Assembly (NCBI GenBank): GCA_051294375.1
Contig: CM119264.1
Coordinates: forward strand, 3,394,229-3,407,441
DNA: 13,213 nt
Source of the DNA: Paraspadella gotoi
Lineage: Eukaryota > Animalia > Chaetognatha
Direction of reading: 5' to 3'
Shown here piece after piece: positions 1 through 9,019 of this stretch (position 1 is the stretch's first letter; each line of letters opens with the position of its first letter). A program made the translations under genes and the position numbers. Below the pieces are notes generated by a model. The model saw only the letters and a program-made list of their open reading frames with translations, made no database searches and had not been told where the DNA came from.

Positions 1-120
1 TCACTTGATTTGTTATATATCGTTTTTTTTCAACGCCCTATTCCTTGACTCCTTTCTCCGATCTCCAGTCTCCATATATCTCCCTTCCTTTCTTTCCCTT
101 TCTTTCTTTCTCCCTTCCTT

Positions 121-700
121 TCTCTGTTCCTTCTTTTCTTTCCCTTTCTTTCTTTTACCCTTTCTTTCTTTCCATTTCTTTCTTTCTCCCTTCCTTTCTT
201 TCCCTTTCTTTCTCTCTCCCTTCCTTTCTTTCCCTTTCTATCTCTCTCCCTTTCTATCTTTCCCTTTATTTCTCTCTCCCTTCCTATCTTTCCCTTTATT
301 TTTCTCTCCCTTTCTTTCTTTCCCTTTCTTTCTCTCTCCCTTTCTTTCTTTCCCTTTCTTTCTCTCTCTCTTCCTATCTTTCCCTTTATTTCTCTCTCCC
401 TTTCTTTCTTTCCCTTTCTTTCTCTCTCCCTTCATTTTTTTCCCTTTCTTTCTCTCTCCCTTCCTATCTTTCACTTTATTTCTCTCTCCTTTTCTTTCTT
501 TCCCTTTCTTTCTCTCTCCCTTCCTTTCCTTTTCCTTTCCCTTTCTTTTTTTCCATATCTTTCTTTCTCCCATCCTTTCTTTCCCTTTCTTCCTCTCTCC
601 CTTCCTATCTTTCCCTATCTTTCTTTCTCCCTTCATATCTTTCTTTTTTCTATCTCTCTCCCTTCCTTTCTTTCCCTATCTTTCTCTCCCTCCTCCTTTC
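121..700. repeat. 30-bp polypyrimidine minisatellite (consensus ~TCTCTCTCCCTTYCTWTCTTTCCCTTTMTT)
   Basis: Units start in exact 30-bp register at 181, 211, 241 ... 511, with degenerate units on both sides. There is no G on the + strand from 127 to 710. Confidence 0.93.
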
Positions 701-789
701 CCTCCCTCCTGTATCCCTTGCTCTTCACTCGCATCACAAATCCCTGAAATGAAATTAATCTTTGTAGACGCAAAGACGACGACGACGAT

Positions 790-910
790 GAAAAAAGAAA
801 AAAAAAGGAAAAAAATGAAAAAAAATGAAAAAAATGAAAAAAATGATAAAAAGGGTAAAAAATGGAAAAAAAGGGGGAAAAAAGGGGGAAAATAAAAAAA
901 AGGAAAAAAG
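790..910. repeat. A-tract-rich low-complexity repeat (A5-9 runs separated by TG/GG)
   Basis: AAAAAAATG repeated, then AAAAAAGGGGG repeated, with about 9-11 bp spacing. Confidence 0.8.
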
Positions 911-962
911 TCGGAAATTTTCTTTCTTTCTTTTTTCTTTAAAAGGTCTCCACGGGAGAAGT

Positions 963-1058
963 CAGCTGATTCACGATTGGTTCATTAATCAAACGCTGAT
1001 TGGATGATTTGGGATTCGTGTCGTAAACACGCGAATGGGAGCCGTATAAAGCGATTGG
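963..1058 (+). promoter_or_regulatory. Candidate promoter/enhancer motif cluster (reverse CCAAT boxes, forkhead site, TATA-like)
   Basis: CAGCTG 963-968; GATTGG at 975, 998 and 1053; ATTAATCA 984-991; GTAAACA 1023-1029; TATAAA 1045-1050. Motif matches only. Confidence 0.25.
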
Positions 1059-1062
1059 GGAT

Positions 1063-1116
1063 AAGAAAGAAAAAAGGAAAGAAAGAAAGAAAGAAAGAAA
1101 GAAGGAAAGAAAAAAA

Positions 1117-1208
<92 letters not shown>

Positions 1209-1215
1209 ACAAGAA
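1063..1215. repeat. (GAAA)n microsatellite
   Basis: Long, nearly perfect GAAA run with an imperfect 5' part. Confidence 0.97.
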
Positions 1216-1318
1216 ATTTTAAAACATACACAACAAGCATCTAATAGTTTATAAGTTTTCTGTAGAGAATTAACTAAAAAAACTCATAATTAATTGAAAT
1301 ATATTGCAATGACTTTTG

Positions 1319-1358
1319 ATCACGTGTATTTTTATATGGTCACGTGATGATACACGTA
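1319..1358. promoter_or_regulatory. Paired CACGTG E-boxes
   Basis: CACGTG at 1321 and 1341 (the second as GTCACGTGA), plus CACGTA at 1353, in AT-rich DNA. Confidence 0.3.
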
Positions 1359-1422
1359 TGATATATAGGTATAATAACAATTTATTTACTATTCTGCCAA
1401 TTATTATTCAGAATTACTACAT

Positions 1423-1613
1423 TTATGAGCAGTCAAAATATAAGTCGGAGTGAGCATCAGACGAACAGCCCGACCAACCCACCGATCGACTGACCGAAAA
1501 GTGAATTGCTCCGCAAACTGATCGACTGCATGAATGACCAACCGACCGAACGACCGGTGGCCAGTCCAAGTTACTGAAAAGTTGCTCCGCGAGCACTCGC
1601 GGCCAAACTAAAA
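1423..1613 (-). mobile_element. Non-autonomous DINE-1/HINE-like element end, copy 1 (two tandem end modules)
   Basis: Degenerate (GACC)n, GACCGAAAAGT, hairpin CCGCGAG-CA-CTCGCGG (1587-1602), then AACTAAAA. 1459-1502 matches 9805-9848 at 36/44 ungapped. Strand follows the (GGTC)n orientation; the family assignment is inferred from architecture. Confidence 0.6.
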
Positions 1614-1733
1614 GAAAGGCAGAAAAAAAAGAAAGAAATAAGGAAAAAAAACTTAAAAAAAAAAAAATAAAATCATGATTAAAAAAAAGGAAGATATTAG
1701 CTGACGAATGCTCGGGGTGCGTGGATGAATGCT

Positions 1734-1770
1734 GAGGAGGAAGAGGAGGAGGAGGAGGAGGAGGAGGAGG
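1734..1770. repeat. (GAG)n microsatellite
   Basis: About 12 GAG units with one GAA interruption. Confidence 0.95.
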
Positions 1771-1944
1771 TGATGAGTTCGTGAGGCAAAAGGAATGCGA
1801 AGAGAGGGGTGAATGAAAGGGGGGGGCATGAAGCAAGCATGAGAGGGTGTGATGCAAGCAGAGGTGGTGAAAGAGCGTCGGTACTAAGAGAGATTCTGAT
1901 TGCGAAATCTTGGCGCCTGATATGTCTAAAAACGAAACGCAGGT

Positions 1945-1993
1945 ACAACAACGACGACAACAACAACGACGAAAACAACAACGACAATAACAA
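1945..1993. repeat. Imperfect (AAC/GAC)n trinucleotide repeat
   Basis: ACAACAACGACGACAACAACAACGAC... Confidence 0.85.
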
Positions 1994-2089
1994 ACGGATT
2001 TTTGCCTTTAGTAAAAAGTTTGATTTTTCTGTAAAGGAAAAGAAAAAATTCGATTTTACGCGGAGGGAAATCCCGTACGTCTCTCTCTC

Positions 2090-2255
2090 NNNNNNNNNNN
2101 NNNNNNNNNNNNNNNNNNNNNNNNNNNNNNNNNNNNNNNNNNNNNNNNNNNNNNNNNNNNNNNNNNNNNNNNNNNNNNNNNNNNNNNNNNNNNNNNNNNN
2201 NNNNNNNNNNNNNNNNNNNNNNNNNNNNNNNNNNNNNNNNNNNNNNNNNNNNNNN
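2090..2255. other. Assembly gap (N) flanked by (TC)n
   Basis: 166 N with TC repeats on both sides. Confidence 0.99.
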
Positions 2256-3330
2256 TCTCTCTCTCTTTCTCTCTACCAGATGTTTAAAGAAAGATCGTTA
2301 AAATTCACGGGGGCACAAAAAAAAATTAAAAGGCAGAAAATTATCTGGTGAATGGTAAAGACAAAGCGGACGGCAAAGTGAACGGGAAAAAAAAGAAGTA
2401 AATGTCAAAGTAAAACCAGATGTTACGTTTTAACGGAAGCAATGTAATGGGCGTCGCCAACTCCGATGAAAGGTAAACAAAACGGAAAACATTACGAACT
2501 ACGAAAGAAAACAGAGCGTTAAAAGAAAATACAATATAACGTTTTATCTATTGAAAAGGTTATGAAGCGGACGGTTAAAACGGTCGCCGTCGGAACGCCA
2601 AAACATGAGATGCCATGCACATTGCACAGCCCTTCCTCTCTTTTCCCCAACTCCCACCCTCTGACGCTCCTCCTTTCGACGCCCTCTCTCCGCCTTCCCC
2701 CTTCCTCTCCCCTTGAAATAAAAAAACTGCCCGAGTCTCTTTTTTTTTTTGGAGACAAAAAAATGCGCCTCTTCTTCTTTCGTTAACGAGTTTTTTTCGT
2801 GGAGGAAAAAGTAATAAAAATGAATAAATAAAAAAAAATAGAAATAAAACGATGAAAAACCTGGAAAATTATCGACTTTTTTTTTGTTTCGTTCTTCCCC
2901 CCGGACGGATGGACGTACGGACGTACGGATTTTTTTGGGACTTTAAATGCTTTTGTACTTTCAATGAAAGTCACAACTTACATAGCACGTTTTAAGATAA
3001 TGATAAAGAAAATCTTTTAAATTCAAAAATATAGTTTTGGATATCATTAAATTAATAAGCTTTTTATCTTATTACATTTTAAGAAGCGAATCAAAATATT
3101 TTTTTTCTTTTTTTCATTGTTTGCTTCGTTTTATTTTCTTAAGATATCATTACCAAATAAAAATTATGTATGTCGTATCAAGAGCAAAACAAAATTTGAG
3201 TGTGAAAAATATTATAAAACTGAAAACCAAAAAAAAAGAGAAAATAAAAAAAGTATTTCAATTAAAAACGAAAAAAATATTAAATGGACTGAGAAAGGAA
3301 AGGAAATTTAAATGTGTTGCATGATGAAAT

Positions 3331-3379
3331 CATATGAACATATGAGCATATGAGCATATAAACATATGAAACATATGGA
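3331..3379. repeat. 8-bp tandem repeat (CATATGRR) x6
   Basis: Units at 3331, 3339, 3347, 3355, 3363 and 3372; five retain the CATATG palindrome. Confidence 0.88.
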
Positions 3380-3499
3380 CATCAAATATTTTATTAAACT
3401 TATCCTGCATTTTACTTTGTTAAATTTGCATGAAATTTAAGGTACATTTTTGTTACATTTTTGTTTACATTATTTTTGTACATATAATTGATCAGTTTC

Positions 3500-3608
3500 A
3501 TAAGAAATATGCATATTTAAAGATAAATAGGATAGACGGACGGACAGACATATAGGCGGACCGACCGACGTTGGTTCTCGAGCTCTCTCCCGGCTCAAGC
3601 AATAAAAA
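3500..3608 (-). mobile_element. DINE-1/HINE-like element end, copy 2
   Basis: 3507-3553 aligns to 9751-9796 at 39/47 with one gap, including an exact ACGGACAGACATAT. It is followed by GACCGACCGAC-GTTGGTTCTCGAG, a decayed hairpin and AATAAAAA. Confidence 0.58.
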
Positions 3609-3621
3609 GATTGGAAATCAC

Positions 3622-3741
3622 CTTGACTCGCCTTTCATCTTCCAAAGAAGCCTTCGTTGCTTCCTTCGACTCAGTTGTAAATATAAAAGCGGAATAATTT
3701 ATTGTTTTTTGAAAAACCTCGAAAATCAAGAAATACTGCGT
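3622..3741 (-). CDS. Candidate internal 120-nt exon, unidentified product (TQYFLIFEVFQKTINYSAFIFTTESKEATKASLEDERRVK)
   Basis: Minus strand: pyrimidine tract ...CTTTTGCAG| acceptor and AAG|GTGATT donor; exactly 40 codons, open only in phase 0. No homology recognised, and the pyrimidine tract is partly a (TC)n microsatellite. Confidence 0.22.
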
Positions 3742-3791
3742 CTGCAAAAGACCGGAGGCGAGAGAGGGAGAGAGAGAGAGAGAGAGAGAGA

Positions 3792-3826
3792 NNNNNNNNN
3801 NNNNNNNNNNNNNNNNNNNNNNNNNN
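3792..3826. other. Assembly gap after (GA)n
   Basis: 35 N preceded by (GA)n. Confidence 0.99.
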
Positions 3827-4180
3827 CTCTAAAGTGCATAGCGCTGAACGATCGTTTCAAATTCTTATCTTTATCATCCCTTAATTCGCAAACGACTTTT
3901 TTATTTTATTTTCAAACTTTTTTTTATTCATATTCGTGTCCTGACTAATTTGTTATTAGCCTTCTCACGGTCTTTTCTTACCTTCGACGCGTCACGACCC
4001 CGATAAAACATTTATTTTTATTATTAGGTTTTTTTTTGTTTCTTTTTTTTTAACTGTTAAATATTTTTATGACGAGAAGCCTCATTTTACAGTTTATAGG
4101 AAGAAGATTATATCAATTGTTTAATCATGTTACATCCTAATGGTTTTGTTGTGAATTAAATGGGAGGAGAGAGAGAGAGA

Positions 4181-4423
4181 NNNNNNNNNNNNNNNNNNNN
4201 NNNNNNNNNNNNNNNNNNNNNNNNNNNNNNNNNNNNNNNNNNNNNNNNNNNNNNNNNNNNNNNNNNNNNNNNNNNNNNNNNNNNNNNNNNNNNNNNNNNN
4301 NNNNNNNNNNNNNNNNNNNNNNNNNNNNNNNNNNNNNNNNNNNNNNNNNNNNNNNNNNNNNNNNNNNNNNNNNNNNNNNNNNNNNNNNNNNNNNNNNNNN
4401 NNNNNNNNNNNNNNNNNNNNNNN
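4181..4423. other. Assembly gap after (GA)n
   Basis: 243 N preceded by (GA)n. Confidence 0.99.
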
Positions 4424-4681
4424 GCGTTGAGATGGAAAGAGGTCGATGACTTTCCTTGCTGCTGCAGTCAATGTTTTTTCGCGGCTGCTGCAGCGGCTGC
4501 TACAGAGACGGAGTTTCGCGCGGGAGGCGCAAAGCTCGGGAAATTAGGTAATAAATATTCAATTAATTATGTATTTTCCTTAATATTCTATAGACGTGTT
4601 TCTTTACGTCTAACAATGGAGAAGTGAATGACTGAATTAGTTATGAGAAAATAATAGGGAAGAAAGAATGATTTAATGAGC

Positions 4682-4853
4682 GAATGAATGAATGAATGAA
4701 TGAATGAGGGAATGAATGAATGAGGGAATGAATGAATGAATGAATGAATGAATGAATGAATGAATGAATGAATAAATTAATGAGGGAATGAATGATTTAA
4801 TGAATGAATGAGGGAATGCATGAATGAATGAATGAATGAATGAATGAATGAAT
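4682..4853. repeat. (GAAT)n microsatellite with recurring GAGG variants
   Basis: GAAT units interrupted several times by GAGG; the array runs into a gap. Confidence 0.96.
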
Positions 4854-5005
4854 NNNNNNNNNNNNNNNNNNNNNNNNNNNNNNNNNNNNNNNNNNNNNNN
4901 NNNNNNNNNNNNNNNNNNNNNNNNNNNNNNNNNNNNNNNNNNNNNNNNNNNNNNNNNNNNNNNNNNNNNNNNNNNNNNNNNNNNNNNNNNNNNNNNNNNN
5001 NNNNN
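4854..5005. other. Assembly gap between (GAAT)n and (GA)n
   Basis: 152 N. Confidence 0.99.
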
Positions 5006-5210
5006 AGAGAGAGAGAGAGAGAGAGAATGTCACCCAAGGACAAGGAGACATCAACCGAACAAAGACTTTTTTTATCTCCTCATTTTTTTGGTAGATAAGA
5101 AGAAACCGACTCCATTTTACGATTTTCATCCAGTTGAGAAAAAAAAACTACATGGAACAATCGTCGTAGAAAGTAGATGACAACTACATATAAAAATGCC
5201 AACAATACCA

Positions 5211-5251
5211 CGACGACGACGACGACGACGATGACGATGACGACAACGACG
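5211..5251. repeat. (ACG)n microsatellite
   Basis: CGACGACGAC... with GAT and AAC interruptions. Confidence 0.92.
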
Positions 5252-5631
5252 GAACATCGAACTAAATTCATTCCGGTCGCGTGTCCCACAAACAACGAAC
5301 GCAGCAGCTGCTCTCATTGATGCGCTTGTCCCGGCCGCAAAGTCTCCCCCCTTTCCAAAAAAGGGGAAAAAAATTATACAATTGTTTAATTTAATACTAT
5401 AGAAATAGCGGGGGCATATTTCTTAATCGGAATATAGATTTATCATTGATTTTGTAAATTTAGTGTCATAAAAAAATTTGACTGTGATTCAGAACGAAGA
5501 TCAATGCATTTCACGAATTTCATAAACGGGAAAAGATGGAAACTTTTTTTTTTTTTAGCTTCCGCCAATAACCGCACCTTTGGGAGAGAGAGGGAGAGGG
5601 GGTCTAAAGTTCGAAGCATCGATAGAGAGTC

Positions 5632-5685
5632 GGACCGACCGACCGACCGGCCGAGAGATGGAGAGACGGACGGACGGACCGACTG
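5632..5685. repeat. (GACC)n/(GACG)n tetranucleotide tracts, possibly a decayed further element copy
   Basis: GGACCGACCGACCGACCG and GACGGACGGACGGACCGAC; the GAAAAGT/hairpin end is absent. Confidence 0.7.
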
Positions 5686-5763
5686 AATATCGTCTAGACG
5701 TCGGCCGATCAGTCCGCCGGAAACGATGATAAAAAAAATTATTTCATCGGACGAAAAAAAAAA

Positions 5764-5829
5764 NNNNNNNNNNNNNNNNNNNNNNNNNNNNNNNNNNNNN
5801 NNNNNNNNNNNNNNNNNNNNNNNNNNNNN
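5764..5829. other. Assembly gap after A-run
   Basis: 66 N. Confidence 0.99.
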
Positions 5830-5996
5830 CATCGTCCTCCCTCTCTCGTTTCTGGATCTCATCATCTCTCTGCTCTCTCTCTCTTCTTTCTCATGCGGCC
5901 TCAATGCGCTTTATATTGCGTTTTTTATTGAGGTTTAAAATATTTTTTTGATTTTCGGCTTTTTTTGTTTTTTCCTTTTACTTATTTTAAATATGC

Positions 5997-6109
5997 TTTC
6001 TTCTTTCTTTCTTCTTTCTTTCTTTTTTCTTTTTTTTTTTTTTTTTTTCTTTTTTTTTTCTTTTTTTCTTTTTTTCTTTTTTTTTTTTTTTTTTTTTTTT
6101 TTTCCCCCC

Positions 6110-6144
<35 letters not shown>
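5997..6144. repeat. Poly-T/TTTC tract followed by (GA)n
   Basis: About 105 nt of nearly pure T/C, then about 16 GA units. Confidence 0.95.
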
Positions 6145-6147
<3 letters not shown>

Positions 6148-6229
6148 GAATCAGGTTCTCATAACCTTTCAAGAACAATTAGATTCTCTCTTCTCAGACG
6201 ATGATGATTTTGAATGCGACGCTCGTGGC

Positions 6230-6282
<53 letters not shown>
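6230..6282. repeat. (GTCGTT)n hexanucleotide microsatellite
   Basis: About 8 GTCGTT units. Confidence 0.95.
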
Positions 6283-6419
6283 TTATACTCGTATTTTTTT
6301 CACGTCCTGTGAGAGACGCATTAAATAGCAAAACATGACGATGAGATTTTTTTTTCATTCGCCGTTTGTGAGAATGAGGAATTTTTATCTTTTTCTGTTT
6401 TCTTTTTTTTTTTAAACAT

Positions 6420-6750
6420 CTCTCCTTATTTCCTACTCCCTCTCTTTTTTTTTCCTTCCTACCTTTCCTTCCTTCCTGCTTTCTTCCTTTTTTTTTCTTT
6501 TATGCTTCACCTTTTTAATTCCTTCCTTTTCTTTCTCTTTTCATTCGTCCTGCCTTTCCTCCCTTTCCTCTCTTCCTTCTTTTCCTACCTTTCCTTCCTT
6601 CCTCCCTTTTCTATCTTTCTACCTTTCCTCTCTTTTTTCCCTTCATCTTCCTTCCTTTCCTAACTTTCCTTCCTTTCCTCTCTTTTTTCCTTTCGTCTTC
6701 CTTCCTTTCCTTTCCTTTCTCCCTCTTCTCTTCTTCTCTTCCTCCTTTCT
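6420..6750. repeat. Degenerate polypyrimidine minisatellite (~50-60 bp period)
   Basis: 6622-6661 and 6672-6711 match at 38/40; CCTACCTTTCC recurs. Confidence 0.8.
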
Positions 6751-7315
6751 CGTTTTTTTCTCCGACGAAAATGAAAACTTATCGACTTTCTCAAAGACTC
6801 ATTTCTGCAAGATGCAATCCGGCATACGCAATTTGCCATCGACCATCTGCTCTGCGAGCAACGACGTTTGCTCTAACGTTTTCTCCCGAGTTTATTTTCG
6901 AGATAAATTCTACTCTCTTCAAACTTTTCCCCTTTTTTCTTCTACTTGTTTTATGAATATTTTCTACGTCAGTTTTCTTTTTTAATATATATAATTATGT
7001 ATATACTAAGCGTATTTAAAAAAATGTTCGTAAAAGTATTAAAATACTGTATATTTTTTTTAAAAATTAAAGATAACGACTCAAAACTGATTGTAACAAT
7101 TAAAAAAAAAAAATTTAACTTTGATACCGAAATACAGAGATAGAATCTTTACAAGTTTAATATTTAAATTAAACAGTCAACAGTGATTACGAGATCGCTT
7201 AATGCAGCAGCGGTAGTTGTTGGTCAAATTTGGTCAAATCATTTGAATCAAACCAAAGTCCGATTCGGGTTTTTTTCAATCGGGAAAGTTTCATCTTCTT
7301 TTCCTCCGCTTTTAG

Positions 7316-7324
7316 GTTATCGGG
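7316..7324 (+). CDS. Candidate 9-nt microexon (GTTATCGGG)
   Basis: TTTCATCTTCTTTTCCTCCGCTTTTAG | GTTATCGGG | GTAAGT: non-repetitive pyrimidine tract, TAG acceptor, consensus donor and a frame-preserving length. Confidence 0.35.
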
Positions 7325-7573
7325 GTAAGTTCAAACTCGGGATACGACCTTTTGTTTTTTCGTGCGGCGACACTTCTACTACTCTTTTCTCCCTCTACGG
7401 GCTTGCACACTTTTTGCCCGGCCTCGAGGCCGCCGCCCCGCCGCAGCTGACCGCAGACGCGCGCCGACGACCGAACGCAAGCCCGACGTTACCTTAATTA
7501 GGCTAAATTTCTTTTGTTTTCTTCCACATCTGCCAAAGACACAAAGAAAACGAACCTAGATGACTCTGGGGAA

Positions 7574-7601
7574 GACGACGACGACGACGACGACGACGAC
7601 G
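7574..7601. repeat. (GAC)n microsatellite
   Basis: About 9 perfect GAC units. Confidence 0.95.
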
Positions 7602-7789
7602 AATAAAGAAGTGGGGATAACGAGGTCCAAATGGGAAGAACAAGTCAGCGGGAGAAAGAAAAAAATGGTATAAAAGGTAAGTAACGACGAATGAGGAAAA
7701 GTAAGTTGATGGAGTGTTAAGGTAAGAATGGGTCAAAGTGAAGAGAGAGGAGAGAGGAAAGTAAAAAAAGAGTGAGGTGGGGGAGTGAA

Positions 7790-7880
7790 TGGAGAAAAGA
7801 GGAGAGAAGAGAGAGAAGAGAGGAGAGAGGAGAGAGGAGGAAGGAGAGAGGAGAGAAGAGAGAGGAGAGAGGAGAGAGAG
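7790..7880. repeat. Imperfect (GAGAG)n polypurine tract
   Basis: GAGAG/GAGAA pentamers, purines only. Confidence 0.88.
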
Positions 7881-7973
7881 GGGATTAGGGGTAAAGGCGG
7901 GGTCGCTTTGGGAGGAAGTTGGACTAATCAACTCGGACTAAGAGAAGACAAGAGAAGAAAAGAGAACCGATGA

Positions 7974-8073
<100 letters not shown>

Positions 8074-8213
8074 TAAAGAATGTAATAAAGCACACGTACG
8101 TTATTACAATTTGACTAAAAGATATTAATATATTAGTGGATTTTTAAGATTGTATTTGTTTTCTGAAAAATCAATCTCCTCTGAAGAGGTGAGTGCGACA
8201 GAGACAGAGAGCA

Positions 8214-8309
8214 CGAGTGAGCGAAAGAGAAAAAGAGAAAAAGCGAGACAGAGAGAGAGAGAGCGAGTGAGCGAAAGAGAAAAAGAGAGAAAGCGAGACA
8301 GAGAGAGAG
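8214..8309. repeat. 50-bp-period tandem duplication
   Basis: 8214-8259 versus 8264-8309: 45/46 identical. Confidence 0.9.
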
Positions 8310-8892
8310 TTGATAAAAGAAAAAGAAGCGAAGGGAAAAGTCATAAAAAGGAAGAAAAACCGAGAGGCTACATTTGCAGATTCTTATCTTTGCAACGAAA
8401 AGGAAAAAATTAACGACGAAGCCGAGAAAAAAAATGAGGAAGAGAAAAGAGTGGCCGAAAATTAGATGAAATATCTTTTTTAAATAATAATATATACATT
8501 TTATATTGTTTGCAAAATATATAACATTTCACTTTACGTATGATAAAATTTAAAAAATTAAAATAACATTCAATTTTTTTTATTTAATATATATTTTTTT
8601 AAATATTATAATAATTTAAAGTTTCAATTAGTGTAATCAAATTTAGTTAAATAATATATATAAAAATATAAAGTTTTATAATTTTATAATTATATAATAT
8701 ATAATTTTGTAAAAAAATATTTTGAAACTATTATCGGAAAAATCTTTTTTTTTCTCGATGATATAGTGAACCGCTATATCAAAGCTTAGGTTTGCGCGGA
8801 GAAAAAGGAGCCGAGAGAGAGCGAGTCCGTGGGGAGGTCTAAAAATTGTTGTTTGGAAGACGTAATAAACGTTTCGAAGTGATGAGTGAGAC

Positions 8893-8896
<4 letters not shown>

Positions 8897-8932
<36 letters not shown>
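8897..8932. repeat. (GA)n microsatellite
   Basis: About 18 GA units. Confidence 0.97.
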
Positions 8933-8936
<4 letters not shown>

Positions 8937-9019
8937 AGAGTTGGCGAATGGATTTTGACGAAAGACAAAAAGTTTTGAAACTGATTATAGATTTTGACGA
9001 ATCGACTTTGATTTTTCGG

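Noticed and set aside
181-540. Regular 30-bp periodicity as a CRISPR array
   Set aside because: Units are contiguous with no unique spacers, no cas genes are present, and the context is eukaryotic.
5-895. Long ORFs (296, 235 and 132 aa) of F/L/S/P or K/R/E/G repeats
   Set aside because: They are open only because the G-free 30-bp minisatellite lacks stop codons; no coding complexity.
985-1240. ORFs of FFLS/KKER repeats
   Set aside because: Translations of (GAAA)n.
1702-1730. CTGACGA as a hammerhead ribozyme core
   Set aside because: No GAAA after the putative stem II and no stems I/III.
1423-1993. Minus-strand poly-Pro/poly-Ser ORFs with a possible TTTTTAG acceptor near 1926
   Set aside because: Driven by the (GAG)n tract; one ORF runs into an element copy; no recognisable domain.
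3672-3742. DAVFLDF-like peptide reminiscent of the LINE RT motif (LDFSKAFD)
   Set aside because: The following residues do not match, the frame stops after about 23 codons, and no other RT motifs are nearby.
6166-6306. Possible 141-nt minus-strand exon (CTCTCACAG acceptor)
   Set aside because: Stops in all three frames and a weak donor (GTTATG).
7183-7497. 104-aa ORF
   Set aside because: GTG start in a eukaryotic context and no recognisable domain.
4424-7676. Protein-like frames broken by single stops (near 4470, 6300, 6772 and 7604), suggesting stop-codon reassignment
   Set aside because: The stops are mixed TGA/TAA, the frames are short and repeat-derived, and no homology anchors them.
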